64,000 nt of DNA from Gekko japonicus (GCF_001447785.1 NW_015173758.1:156146-220145), one strand, 5' to 3'; shown: positions 1 through 12,673, counted from the first letter of the stretch. The notes: generated by a model from the letters alone, not told the origin. Program-made: numbers and translations.

Positions 1-274
1 TGTAAATTTATTTACTTACTAAATCTGCTGTACATGATAATGAATATCATTTCTGAGCATTCTTAAGAGGGAAGCAGTAACTATGCTAGTAGTTGATAGT
101 GTGAAATTTGGAAGCTTCTGAGCAGAAGAATTTTTAGAACATATGAAAAGCGCAGTTCTAAAGATGGTAAAGGGCAGAGACATATAACCCAATTTTTGCC
201 TACTGTTAAATCATCTTGCCCTGATCTAAGGATCAGGGTAATTCTAATAGATTCCTAGATCACCTCCTAGATCA

Positions 275-482
275 CAAGGCGCACGGAACGCTGTTACCTT
301 CCCACTGAAGCGGTACCTATTTATCTACTTGCAATTTCTTGCTTTCGAATTGCTAGGTTGGCAGGAGCTGGGGCCAGAGACAGGAGCTTACCCCGTCACA
401 CGGCACTAGGGTCTTGAACTGCTGAACTACGGACCTTCCGGTCTGCAGCTCAGTGTCTTAACCTCTGAGCCACCACAGCCAC
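275..482 (-). mobile_element. Sauria-type SINE fragment
   Basis: Near-identical to the body of the copy at 28350-28695. Confidence 0.7.
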
Positions 483-720
483 CTATGCCGTGCCTTTAAA
501 ATGTACATTGTGTACCTACATATGCTATTGTTAAACACCATAAGTATTTTAGTAAACAAATAATAGACTGCAGGCATCTTTTGTGGGGAGGGGTTTATTT
601 GTGGGTTTATTTTGTATGTTTCTTATTGTAATTTGTCAGCCACCTTGAGCCACAAAGAAAGGTGGGTATAAATGCTGAAATGCCCACTTCTCATGCAACC
701 TGTTTTTTTTTCTTTTTAAG

Positions 721-783
721 AGTAATTCAGAAGAACTGTTGCAAGCTCTAAAAAATGTTGTAAAACGGTATGACTCTGGGATT
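721..783 (+). CDS. CFAP69: CFAP69 coding exon (equiv. exon 3), SNSEELLQALKNVVKRYDSGI
   Basis: Pyrimidine tract+AG at 719-720; peptide resembles human CFAP69 DGLEEKQLKFVKKLVQCYQNGL; followed by U12-type donor GTATCCTTT; phase 0 joins next exon. Confidence 0.85.
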
Positions 784-1616
784 GTATCCTTTTCTTTTTC
801 TTCAGACAGAAGGATGGAGAAGAAAATGCAAAGTAGTTTTTGTTCATTTATAGATTGCTATAGATATATGGTCAGAAATAGATATATGGTTACTCACAAG
901 CAGATCTGACAAATATTATGAATCTGTAAAAGGCAAATTGCACATGTAATCAAAATCCAGGTAACGGTGGAGGGGGGGGGTCTGGGCTTAAAGAGCACCT
1001 GATGCACTTTCTTGTTCAAATCACTCCATCAGATGGATGGAGGGTGGCTTAGAGCAGAAGGCATGCAGGACATGCTTTTCACTGCACACCTGGACTCCCT
1101 GAACATCTGGCCAGCAGTGGTTGAGGAAAAAATGCTTAGAACAGAATGGTCATTCTGTGCACTTTCTGCTCTAAGCCTGTCCTTCCAACTGCTAGCCAGC
1201 TAGTGCTGCAGTGGGCAGGGTGCTTGGGTTGGAAGAAGTATCAGGCATGCTTTCTACTCCAGGCTCAATCCCCCCCCCCAAATTACCTGGCCAACAAGGG
1301 GAAAGGCTTATCACAGCCAGGGACACAGCAACCAGCAGGATAGGGAAGACTGGGAAAGGCCTTCCCCTGTGAGTCCTCACTGATCCCCTGTTTGTGTTTA
1401 TTTGTTTAAATTGTACTGGCAACTTCTCCAGGGAGGCTTACAGAATCCATAAAAACATCAACAGATAAAGAATAGTTTCATCTCCAAAAAATTTAGGTCA
1501 TATGTAACATTTTAACTACTACCAAAAGCAGTCTTAATCTCAATTTTAGGCCAAGAATACACAGCAGAGTTCCAGAGAATACTGCAGTACAGCTTGCAGA
1601 ACACATATAATTAGTC

Positions 1617-1929
1617 TAGGGTTGCCAAGTCCGGCGGTGCACCGGAACAGGGGACTCCAGGCTTGCGGCTGGAGCACACACGCCATTCGGAAGTGACGTG
1701 ATTACGCCAGGCACGCTGGGGGTGGGGCCACGACCATCCGAGGGAAAACCATAGAGTTTTCCCTCGGATGACCGTGGCCCCGCCCCCAGCGTGCCCGGCG
1801 TGGTCGCGTCACTTCCAGGTGACGCGCATGTCGGGGTGGGGCTCCCCCTGGGGCCCGATCTGCCACCGGCAGGAAACGGGTCTCTGGGGCAGGGGTTTCC
1901 CCGCCCCCTGGGGGGACTTGGCAAGCCTA
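1617..1929. mobile_element. Non-autonomous hAT-like DNA transposon (near-palindromic MITE)
   Basis: TIRs TAGGGTTGCCAAGTCC / GGACTTGGCAAGCCTA; perfect 8-bp TSD AATTAGTC (1609-1616, 1930-1937); CpG-rich. Confidence 0.85.
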
Positions 1930-2029
1930 AATTAGTCCCAGCACATTTGCAACATTCAGAAGTTTGTGGGGCTACATCTCTAAGATCACACACTGTTTTA
2001 TTACATTCTTTCTGCCCAAGCCTTTGCTT

Positions 2030-2268
2030 GGTAGCCAATGTGGTATAGTGATTAGAGTGTCAGACTAGGATCTGGGAGACCCAGGTTTGAATCCTCATTG
2101 TGTCATGGAAACTCACTGAGTGACTCTGGGCCTCTCACACACTCTCAGCCTAACATAATTCATAGGGTTGCTGTGAGGATAAAATGGAAGAGAGGAGAAC
2201 AATGGAAGTCACGTTGGGTACTCATTAAGGAGAAAAGTTGTATATAAGTGAAGTAAAATAAAAAAATA
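2030..2268 (+). mobile_element. tRNA-derived SINE (squamate Squam-like)
   Basis: tRNA-like head tggtatagtgattagagtgtcagactag...ggtttgaatcc and A-rich tail; related copies near 18950-19165(-), 27725-27845, 48320-48500, 54680-54950(-), 56985-57180. Confidence 0.7.
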
Positions 2269-3583
2269 AAATCCAATCAGGCCAACCTTGCCATAAAAAG
2301 TCACTTATGGAAAAAACAGTGAAGGCAATATTTATGATACCTCATTTTAGTGGCTTGGTATTGTCTGTCATCCATAACAAACAAAAGGAGCAGCTTCATT
2401 GTTGTAGTATCTAAACTAGTACTAGTCCAGATTATAAAACTTTAGTCTTTGCATCCCTATGATTTCTTTTGTTAAAAAAGATTTATTTATGATTTTTACA
2501 TTACAAAGAGAAAAACAAAATTGCAGTATATAAATCAAACTTTGGCTTTTACATTAAACATTATTTCTAAACCATTTGTTAACTTTGTACCACCTGTTTT
2601 GGAAAGCTTTTTCATCTTTTCCTAAAAGTATCATATTCAATTTATCCATTTCTGCCACATCACAAATTTTTATGATCAACTCTTCTCTAGTAGGTAAGCT
2701 ATCGGTTTTCCAACATTTAGCAACAAGTATTCTAGATGAAGTAAGGGGTATATGATAAAATACATACATCATCACGTCTGAACCCATCTGGTATTATATT
2801 AAGCAAGTAAATTTCTGGTAACAATTGTCGCTCTATGTCCATAATCTCTGTTATTAACTGTTTAACATCTTTCCAAAATTTATGGATCTTCTCACACCGC
2901 CACCACATATGGAAAAAAGTGCCTATATTGTTCTCAGATCTCCAACAGTTTCTTGATACGTCTTTATAACATTTGGCCATTTTGCTAGGCGACCAGTGCC
3001 ACCTGTAAAACATTTTGAGTATATTTTCTTTATAAGATGTAGATCTTAATAGTTTGACAGATTTCCATATTTTCAACCAGTCATCTATATCCAAACTATA
3101 TCCTATGTCCTGCATCCATGTTACCATTGATGGTTTAATTGTTTCATCTTGCATAACATCAAACAATAAGAAGTTATACAATTTTTGTATCAGTTTGTCA
3201 GAGGCTGATAACCATGTTGTGTCTAGGTCTGTCTTTTCATTATAAAAATCCATTACTTTATCTTTAGTAAACCTTGACTGTAATTGCAATTTTTCCCAAC
3301 CAGTGAGATTAACATTCAATGCTTGTAGTATCTCCAACAAATTTAGCTCTTTATTCTTGTTTAATAGTGTTTGATATGTAACTCTCTTATTGTCCAACAT
3401 GAATGTAGGCATTATGAAGGCCTCTAAAGGTGAAACCCACATAGATATTTTTAGGTAAAATCTTTCTTTAATTCTCCTCCAGATCTTTATTAGGGCTCCT
3501 CTAATTATATGATTATGGAAATTTGAATGGATTTTATCTTTATCATACCATATGTAGGCATGCCAGCCCATATGTAGGTTATG

Positions 3584-3969
3584 NNNNNNNNNNNNNNNNN
3601 NNNNNNNNNNNNNNNNNNNNNNNNNNNNNNNNNNNNNNNNNNNNNNNNNNNNNNNNNNNNNNNNNNNNNNNNNNNNNNNNNNNNNNNNNNNNNNNNNNNN
3701 NNNNNNNNNNNNNNNNNNNNNNNNNNNNNNNNNNNNNNNNNNNNNNNNNNNNNNNNNNNNNNNNNNNNNNNNNNNNNNNNNNNNNNNNNNNNNNNNNNNN
3801 NNNNNNNNNNNNNNNNNNNNNNNNNNNNNNNNNNNNNNNNNNNNNNNNNNNNNNNNNNNNNNNNNNNNNNNNNNNNNNNNNNNNNNNNNNNNNNNNNNNN
3901 NNNNNNNNNNNNNNNNNNNNNNNNNNNNNNNNNNNNNNNNNNNNNNNNNNNNNNNNNNNNNNNNNNNNN
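3584..3969. other. Assembly gap (N-run); other gaps at 23192-23359 and 32289-32349
   Basis: Runs of n. Confidence 1.
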
Positions 3970-4135
3970 GTACTTCCTTTTCCTATGCTAAACCAATCAG
4001 TTGTTCCATATCCGGTTCTAACTGTCACTTCTTGGCCCTTATACAGGTTTCTCAAGAGACATGTGAGGTGGTCTGGTACTCCCATCTCTTTAAGGACCTG
4101 CCATAGTTTGTTGTGATCCTCACAGTCAAAAGCTT
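3970..4135 (-). mobile_element. RTE-BovB LINE fragment (RT)
   Basis: MGVPDHLTCLLRNLY.GQE.TVRTGYGTTDWF.IGKG, characteristic of BovB RT. Confidence 0.9.
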
Positions 4136-4776
4136 TATGATTATGGAAATTTGAATGGATTTTATCTTTATCATATCATATGTAGGCATGCCAGCCCATA
4201 TGTAGGTTATGGCCCTCTAAATATAGCAGTATTTTATCTTCTAACAGTAACCAATCCCTAATCCAACCCATAGCTGAGGCTTGGTAATAAAGGGACCAAT
4301 TTGGTACAACGAGGCCACCTCTTTCTTTTTTATCTTGGAGACATTTCAATTTAATACGTGCTTTTTTGGAGTGCCATATAAATTTTCTTACATATTGATC
4401 CAATTCCAAGAAAATTTTTGTTATTTTTTAAAATTGGTATGTTCTGTGCCAGAAATAGGAAACGTGGAAGGATGTTCATTTTAATAGTGGGAATTCTACC
4501 CATTTCTGATGATTTCAGTGGAAATTGCATTCATGTAATGTCTGTAGACCTAAGCTGCCCTTATGTATGGACCTCCTCAGAATAAGCAACAAGAAAGCCT
4601 TACCGTGGCCATGGATTAGAAATAGTCTGCTGTTCATTTAAGGCAAAGGAACCTCCTCTGGGTCTTATTCTGAATAGCTCAATGAGACTGCAATAGGCTC
4701 TATACTATACTGAAAATTGATCCATTACTGCTTTGTCTTAACTGCTCAATTTTCCTTAATTCTTAAATATTACAAG

Positions 4777-4886
4777 CCCCTTAAGGAGTTAACAAGAATC
4801 TCTAAAATTTTAAACCTGTGCGCAGAAAAAATTCAGGACCATCGTGATTTTATAGAACCTACATGTGAAATTCTTAAATTATATAG
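4777..4886 (+). CDS. CFAP69: CFAP69 exon 4, PLKELTRISKILNLCAEKIQDHRDFIEPTCEILKLY
   Basis: Resembles human PLRDLAQIFKILNLCSGKIKNQPRFIESAYDIIKLC; aag| acceptor, |gtaagt donor. Confidence 0.93.
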
Positions 4887-5160
4887 GTAAGTATTCTTTA
4901 TTTTAATGCTGGCCGTGTATACATTGCATATTATGTTCAGAGTTACACTACTGTTAACTAATCTTCACCTGTCCATCTACTGTCACTGTTCTCTTATACA
5001 TCAGTTTTTCATAAACCTTCTGAGATGTGGTTTGGTAAGTATAATGTTACCATTGCAGCATTAATTATTTATATCTGATATATTACATGTAAGGATTCCC
5101 ACAAGTATCTCAGACTGGTTGACGAGGGATTATTGTCACTTGAATTGAAATTGAATTGAA

Positions 5161-5870
5161 AACAGATCAGCCAATATCATAATGCCCCTATATAAATCAA
5201 TGGTGCAACCTCATTTGGAATACTGTGTGCAGTTCTGGTCACCACACCTCAAAAAGGACATTATACCATTTGAAAAAGTGCAGAAAAGGGCAACTCGAAT
5301 GATAAAAGGGTTGGAACACTTTCCCTATGAGGAAAGGTTAAAGCGCTTAGGGCTTTTTAGCTTGGAGAAACGACGACTGAGGGGTGACATGATTGGGGTT
5401 TATAAGATTATGCATGGGAAAGAGCAGGTAGAGAAAGAGGTACTTTTCTCCCTTTCTCACAATACAAGAACTCGTGGGCACTCAATGAAATTGCTGAGCG
5501 GTCGGGTTAGAACGGATAAAAGAAAGTACTTCTTCACCCAAAGAGTGATTAACACATGGAATTCACTGCCACAGGAAGTGGTGGCGGTTACAAGCATGGA
5601 CGGCTTCAAAAGGGAATTAGATAAGCATATGGAGCAGAGGTCCATCAGTGGCTATTAGCCACAAGGTATAGATAGGAACTCTGGGGCAAGTGATGCTCTG
5701 TCTTCTTGGTGCTTGGGGGGGGGGTCAACAGTGGGAGGGCTTCTAATGTCCTGGCCCCACTGGTGGACCTCCTGATGGCACTGGTATTTCTGGCCACTGT
5801 GTGATACAGAGTGTTGGACTGGATGGGCCTTTGGCCTGATCCAACATTGGCGTCTCTTATGTTCTTATGT
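5161..5870 (+). mobile_element. CR1 LINE 3' end
   Basis: PHLEYCVQFWSPHLKKDI..EKVQKRATRMIKGLE...LFSLEKRRLRGD; tail (TTCTTATG)n. Confidence 0.95.
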
Positions 5871-7888
5871 CACCAAGAGACTGAACTGATGAAGTTAGAT
5901 CCAGACTAGGTTCTTCTGCAGTGTTTCTGCTCATGGAGCACCATACCCCCCCTCCTGCAGCAGTCCAAAACACCCCCAAAATCCTGTTGTTGGAGCAGAG
6001 GGGACCCCCCCCGGGAACAGGATTTGGGAGGGCATTTGGGGCTGCCATGAAGAGCAGGATGATTGTGCTCTATAAACAGAAAGCTTTGCATTCATGGAAA
6101 ATTAGTTTGGATCCAACCTAATACATTTTGTTATAGTGTGTTATATTCCCTGAAAGAAAAACTCACAGTGATTTTACTATTCAAATACAGTCAGATATTT
6201 AAAGGGCCTTGCATTATTATGCTGATATGTCAGTCCTCAGGCCAGTATCATGAAAAGAAACTTTTACGGAACAATGGCTGGGAAATGGTTCCTATTCTTT
6301 GGAGCCAGTATCAGTTATTAATAGCCAGTGTACAGAGGCCCAGAAAAATACTTCAGTAGTAATAGCATCTGTTTCTTAAGCATTTGATTGGCCAAACACT
6401 TCTGTTTTTATCTCAGTTTAACACCTTTAGTCACAGTACTATTCACACATTCAGAATGGTAAAGGGAAGGGGTTCCTTGACTTTTTCAATAAATGCTTAG
6501 AATGAAATTTGGCTTCCATAGACATTTCCTATTAGAAGTATAAGATTGAATATGTAGTCCTCCTCTTTCTCTTTCTTTCCTTCCTGCTTTCTGTGTTGAA
6601 ACATCCTGGAAGAACCCTTCTGTGTCTAGCATATACATTTGGCCCTTCCGATGCTTCTTAAGAGACAAGAAGCCTGACAAATATTATAGTCCAAAGCAGT
6701 GTTACACCCTTCTTAAGCCCATTGACTAGAGTGAACTTAGAAGAGTCTTGTCCTGTTTAGGATTGCACTGCAAGGGTGCAGCCCTGTGAAATGCTTTGTA
6801 GGAGTAAACCTCATTGAATAAAATGAGACTTAATTCTAAGTAGACCTGTTTCAGATTGCTCCCTAACTCAGATTTGTGCAGGTATAGAAGAACCTTTTTC
6901 TGCAAATTCTTATCCCCTCTTCAAATGGTTTTGTCCACATAGCTGCATCATTTCTGGAAAATTTACATCTAAATATGGCTGCTTGTTATTTCACCAAGAC
7001 AAAATGTTTTCATTGTTAGTTATCAACAAATAGGGCTTAGAGGCCAAGGCCTTCCCCAGACTTTGCCTCCTAGCACTTGGTTTCTTAGGTTTACTCCTTC
7101 TGAATACGGAGGTTCCCTTAGCTCCCCATGGCTAGTAGCCATTGATGGATCTACCCTTCATAAATATATCTAACCCCTTCTTAAAGCCTTCTGTACTTGT
7201 GGCCATCAGTGTGTCTACTAGCAGGCTGGGCCACATCTAAGCAGTCAGAGGGGGAACTAAGGGCTGAGGAGAGAAGGCTAAGGGTGCTGTGATGTGTGTG
7301 GGATGTACTAAAGAAAGGAGGACTGTGAGGTGGAGTCGAACAGAAGTCTGTCCTGAACTTTGTCTCCCATCAGCTTCATTGAGTGCCCCTGAGATCTAAT
7401 GTTATGGGAGAGGGAGAAAAAGTTCCCTCTATCCACTTTCCCCATCCCATGCATAATTTTATAAATCTCTTGTCGTGTCCTTCATTAGTTGCCTCTCATC
7501 CTCAAACGAAAGGTGCTCTAACCCCCTTAATCATCTTGGTTACCCTCTTCTGTAATTTTTTCAGCTTTTCTTATAGCAACACATGAAACATTAAGTAATC
7601 TTCCCCTTCCATTATAAATGGAGATTCTGGCTTGGGAATGTGATTACATTTTAAATCATTTTTCTTTTTATGTCAGATTTTCCTGTTATAAAAGCTAGTA
7701 TAATCTTTATATCGGTTTGTCAGATCTATAAATACAATCAAAGTTAAATCATAGTAGCCATAAATAATTTCCATATCCTGCAAAATTACTTTTGATCCCT
7801 CATGCATTTCATGAATACTGAAGATTTAACTTTATTCCTCTGTGGCATTTTATACAGTTTTAACAGGTACTTTGTTTATGTTTTGCAG

Positions 7889-7965
7889 GTTACCATTTTA
7901 TAAAAAGAAGTTATCTGATGAAGTTAACTATGCCAAAGAAGCTCAAGAATCAATTGCACAGCTGG
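7889..7965 (+). CDS. CFAP69: CFAP69 exon 5, LPFYKKKLSDEVNYAKEAQESIAQLG
   Basis: Resembles LPFLKKKVSDEITYAEDTANSIALLG; tgcag| and |gtaatt; phases compatible. Confidence 0.93.
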
Positions 7966-8157
7966 GTAATTTTAGACTGATGATTTGTTTTACAGCCTGG
8001 ATGAAATTTTATTTTTGTCTTTTCCTTCAGATATATATTTTTGTGTGCTAGAAATTTTCTGATATACTGTAGAACTACTTGATCAATACAGTTCTTCCCC
8101 AAACCCAAGAATCATTAAAAATATGAAGCAAGTTTTTATTTACTGAATTCAGTCCCA

Positions 8158-8820
8158 TGTTTGCCCCCGCAGTCGGAATAACGAGACGGACAACAGTTTG
8201 GATCAAACAAGGGCCACTTTATTAACTATATACAATTTATGATTCACAAAACAGCAAGGGAGTCATTCCTAAGTAGCGGAACAGACAAGGCAGGTGTCAG
8301 GCCGACCAGCCTCCTTGTCTAATATGTGGGCGAACCACCAACCCCGGTCTTAAGCCATTAATCTAGCTTGCGACCAGCAGCTTAACCACTGGTAGCCTCC
8401 CAGGAGCGCCTACCCCTGAAACCTTGCAGCTTGCAGAGAGGAGTTTACCCAAGAGGCTCCCAAGAGGGAATCATCATTCGTAGCCCAGGGCCTTAATAGC
8501 CCGCAGGCCGTTCCTGAAGACCCCCTGGTTCCCAAAACAAGGGACGGCTTAAGGTGCTCACTGTTTTCCGCTACCTTATCCCTGCACTCTTCTTCCAAAG
8601 TGACCAACCTATTTAACATCCCCGCCCTAACTCATTGTTCCACTGCCCCAGTGTAAGGTAGGCGAAAAACACCACCACCCCTTTGCCAATTCTGGGTAAT
8701 GGTGAAAAAATTCCTACCTGGCCCCCGGAAACCGGACGACCACCAAATGCCTGCACTACTCACAGGGCGGGAGGGTGGGCCGACGACTGCACGCAACTGC
8801 TGGTGGCAGCCGGGAGCTCC
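8158..8820. mobile_element. LTR-like insertion splitting a SINE
   Basis: Starts TGT, TTTATT near 8218 (minus-strand poly(A) signal), CpG-rich against the background, flanked by two SINE halves; no clean TSD. Confidence 0.35.
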
Positions 8821-9431
8821 CTTCTCTCCAGTGAGGACTCAAAGCAGTTCTCCTCTTCTCAGTTTTATTCTCACAATCCTGTGAGGTGGGTTAGGATGAG
8901 TCTATCTGACAAGCCAGCTTCCATGGCTTTTCAGTGGGCAAATGCTAGGAAAGGGGGGAAGTTGTTTTTAAAAATGGAAGGTATTGTTTAGCAAAGCTTA
9001 TTAAATATATGCCATAAATAAGTAACAAATATTCCATCAAAATCAACAAAGCAATAACTGACAAAGTTATATAGCAATGTTTTATAATATTATCTGTGTT
9101 GATTACAATAAAACAGCGCTAAACTCCATTAGTGCTATTAAAACATTCATAAATTAGTAAAACGTTAATAAACCTTGTTTGTTAATGAAAGTATTCAAGA
9201 TACCAAAATGAAATAAACCTCTGGGCACTGGGGGGGGGGGGTTAATGGCAATAGACCTTTAATATGCCTCAAGGCATTCCCTTTATCAGGGAATCTTTTT
9301 CAAAAACCAGAAACCAAAATCTTTTCTATGAAATACTGAGAAGGAATACAAATTGCTATGAAATATGGAATGTAGCTCAGCTGTAGGACTGTAATAATTT
9401 GTTATATGTCACATTTTTCATGTTTCTTCAG

Positions 9432-9530
9432 GTTATTTGATGAGGGTGCCATGTTCTCAAGTAAGGATACAAATCTGTAAGTGTGTTATTAGCTTTTACC
9501 ATGCTGAGCCACCAAAGAAAGAATTTGAAG
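9432..9530 (+). CDS. CFAP69: CFAP69 exon 6, YLMRVPCSQVRIQICKCVISFYHAEPPKKEFE
   Basis: Conserved RIQICKC..FYHAEPPKK; ttcag| and |gtgaat. Confidence 0.95.
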
Positions 9531-9775
9531 GTGAATTTTATTTGTACTTAAAGTATAGATTAATGATTACTCAGTCAATCAAATGTAGCCACAATTTTAT
9601 CATAGGCCTAATTCAGATGGGTCCAAGATCCTGTCTCTGTGGTGGAGAAGCAGGCTGATACCCCTTCCACCTGATGGTAACATAATGTATTCCCCATGAA
9701 TCCCTTGTACCTATGGAGGGCTGAGTTATGCAGAACAGGCAAGATCTTCTTGATAATGATATATGTGATTAAAAG

Positions 9776-9983
9776 CAGTGTTCCCTCTAAGCTGAGTTGG
9801 TGTGAGCTAGCTCACAGTTTTTTAGCCTCCAGCTCACAGATTTTTGTCTTAGCTCAGGAGGGACAGCTCCAGAGCAAACTAATTTATGCAGTAGCCAAAT
9901 GGCGCTCGCTCACAACTTTAATGCCAGCAGCTCACAAAGTAGAATTTTTGCTCACAAGACTTCAGAGCTTAGAGGGAACATTG
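9776..9983. mobile_element. hAT-family MITE, ~207 bp, copy 1
   Basis: TIR CAGTGTTCCCTCTAAGCT / AGCTTAGAGGGAACATTG; 8-bp TSD ATTAAAAG. Confidence 0.9.
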
Positions 9984-10730
9984 ATTAAAAGTTAACTAAC
10001 ATTTTTTAGAATTAGCATCTTAGTTTTAGTTTGTTGCATCTCTCTCACTTGTTAAGTTAAATACAGTTCTTCTCCAAACAAGTGTGTGTTTTTTCATGGT
10101 GGGTTGATTTTAAATCACTGGTTCATATCCAACTTCCTAGTTTGAAATTATTGTATTTCCTAATATAATAGTTAAACAATTTTAAGTGTTGATACGTGAT
10201 GTTGAAAACTGTAGAGACCAAAAACTTTGAAGCGAACACAATGCACAATTAAAATAAAGTGACTCCATACAGTAAAGCAAACTATAATTTGCCTTAAGCA
10301 GAATCAGAAGCCACAAGGTTTCCTTTTCTGGTGTGCAAGCAACTACAGTTGTACAATCTAGTTTTCCTCATTTGGAGGTAATGGCAAACTGTAGGTTGCC
10401 ACAAAACAGGAATTTTGAGAGAATCAAAAAATGCAAAGAGAGGGAAGGAGGGGAGAGTGTGCAAGCCCAAAACTTGCTCTTATAATACCTGACCTTGCAT
10501 GGTGTGCTTGCACCTGAACTGAGCCAATCATTTTCAAGCGATGATAAACGTAGAGTTTAATAGTTGTATTACATTTGCATTTCATTTTGAACCAGATTAA
10601 AAAGACTATAATGTTTTTAATTAAAAATCCAATTTTAAGTGGTGTGTTTTTAGCTACCCTGGTGTTTTTGTGTAACATTTAACTTTGTGAAACATCAATC
10701 CTAGGACTGATGTCCAGCTCTAGTATAATA

Positions 10731-10865
10731 CCCCGTTTCCCCAAAAATAAGACCTACCCCAAAAATAAGCCCTAGCAGGATTTCTATGCATTTGTCGTAT
10801 AAGCACTAGTGTGTCTTCTTGAGAAAAAAAAAATAAGACAGTGTCTTATTTTCAGGAAAACACGG
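10731..10865. mobile_element. Tc1/mariner-superfamily (Tc2/pogo-like) MITE
   Basis: TA-flanked TIRs CCCCGTTTCCCCAAAAATAAGAC / GTCTTATTTTCAGGAAAACACGG. Confidence 0.7.
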
Positions 10866-11217
10866 TACTTGGTTGGTTGCCATGGGGGATTTCTGCTGAT
10901 GGAGAGGGGAGCAATTTTCCCCCTTCCCCCTGCAGCCCTCCAACCCCTTTCCTGCAACTTGTTTACAAGAGAAGCAATTCAGGAGGTGTTTGGGGCTGCA
11001 GTGGGAAGGTGAAGATGGTATACACTAATCCTTCTGTCGGCAGAAATGTTTTGTGGGATCTAAGCCATTGTGTTACAAATACATTTTTAAATGAATGGGA
11101 GTGGCTCTTTTTCTAAAACTTTGTAAAATAGCATATTACCTCCTCACATTACCCTTGGTTTTATGCTGGCATATATTGTATAACATTGCAGACTTTTTAA
11201 AATTATTGTTTATGCAG

Positions 11218-11367
11218 TTTACCAACCTCTAAGTGCAAACTATAAAAGGAAAATGGTGGAATTAGGAGGTTTAGCAGAAACTTTAGTCTTGGCTTTGGCA
11301 TTAGTTGAAAACCAACTTACTGAAAAATTGTGGATAATTAAAACACTGCAGCATCTTTCCACTTCAG
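11218..11367 (+). CDS. CFAP69: CFAP69 exon 7, YQPLSANYKRKMVELGGLAETLVLALALVENQLTEKLWIIKTLQHLSTS
   Basis: Conserved GGLA..ENQL.EKLW..K.LQHLSTS; tgcag| and |gttagt. Confidence 0.95.
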
Positions 11368-11481
11368 GTTAGTATAATACAGATTTTTTTAAAAAAAATT
11401 CTTACACTACCTGATTTTCTCTGCTGTTCATGAAACGAGCAGCATTAGTGGAGCTAATTGTTGGATCATTTCATATTTCAG

Positions 11482-11659
11482 AGGCAAACTGCAAATTTAT
11501 GATGAAAGCTGAGGCACCAAAAAGATTATGTTCTCATATGAATGATGCTGATGTCACTGGGCAGCTTCTATTCCGTTCCTCAGAAGTTCTTTGGAATTTA
11601 CTAGAAAACGCCTCTAAGGAAGAAATTGTTACTCAGCTCAGTAACTTGGAATGTGTACA
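11482..11659 (+). CDS. CFAP69: CFAP69 exon 8, EANCKFMMKAEAP...GQLLFRSSEVLWNLLENASKEEIVTQLSNLECV
   Basis: Conserved GQLLFRSSE.LWNLLE; ttcag| and |gttaag. Confidence 0.95.
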
Positions 11660-12339
11660 GTTAAGTGTACTCAAACAGAATACAAGCTAATGTTGAGCAA
11701 AAAATATGAATCATGGGCGTTTTTAACCTTATATTTAACAAACTTTTAAAATGCAGGAGGAATGGAACTCTTATTTGTGACTAATGTTTGCCTAGGAAAT
11801 CTTGTAAAGTGACAATAAATCAGGGAATATCATTATTGCATTATTAGCATATAAAATTAGCTAAAGGGGGAAAATATAATCTGTTCTTTAGATTCCTATG
11901 CCTTCCTTTTTCTATGTGTGAGTTTATAATCAAGGTATGGAATTTGGTGATGACTGCTGGCCTAGCTGACTTTAAAGGGGATTAGACAAATCTGTCCATG
12001 GCTTTTAACCACACTCGCTAAATGGAGCTTCCAGGATCAGATGCAGTATTGCCTTCATGCCCTGCTTGTGGAAGCATCTGTCTTGTCTCTGTAGAAAACA
12101 GACAGGTATACTAGCTCAATCCTAGATCTGACCCAACATAACTTTTCTTAAGTCCTTAAATAAAACATGGATGCCCTTTATCAGCTTTATTGTTTAATTT
12201 ATATATTGAAGTATTACTATAGGAATATGAATTTTTAAACGGCTAGCAGTTTAATACTTCAAAGTGTTAAATATAAATGTAATTCAAGAAGATGAAGGAA
12301 AACGATTTTTGAAATTTCAATATTTCATTGGGATTATTT

Positions 12340-12606
12340 ATTTATAGCATTTATTGGCCACCTTTCTACCTTGCAGCACTTCAGCCAGATTGAAAGTGAG
12401 GGAGCCAGGCACACCTTTCTGGCGAAGTGGTTCTATAGTTGTGGGGTGCCACTGAAAAGGCCCTCTCTTGTGTGCCCACTGGATAAGCGTCTTTGATCGT
12501 TGGGACAGTCAGGAGGGCCTTTCCCTGTGATCTTAATTCCCAGGCAGGAAAGTATGAGAGAAGATGGTCCGTCAGATACCCCTGTCCCAAACCATGAAAG
12601 GCTTTA
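12340..12606 (-). mobile_element. L2 LINE 3' fragment
   Basis: Minus frame GQGYLTDHL..Y.PAWELRSQG..LL.VP...ERAFSVAP, homologous to the L2 at 60500-61525. Confidence 0.75.
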
Positions 12607-12673
12607 TATGTTTGATTAGAGGGCCTTTATTTGAATAAACGGACTGCACTGAATTGTACTTTTCTTTCTTTAG

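Larger units (their letters stand above)
2470..4420 (-). mobile_element. L1-clade LINE ORF2 3' portion, interrupted by a gap and BovB
   Basis: ORFs 2554-2787, 2732-3571, 4176-4409: KFIW..K.ARIK...RGGL..PN..LYY.A and C-terminal CWR...GTFFHMWWRC..I..FW. Confidence 0.88.
784..4776 (+). other. CFAP69: U12-type (minor spliceosome) GT-AG intron of CFAP69
   Basis: 5' splice site GTATCCTTTT (784-793); branch site TTCCTTAAT (4752-4760) about 17 nt upstream of AG; no polypyrimidine tract. Confidence 0.9.

Noticed and set aside
3523-4116. ORFs spanning N-runs (also 23111-23434 and 32217-32477)
   Set aside because: Artefacts of assembly gaps
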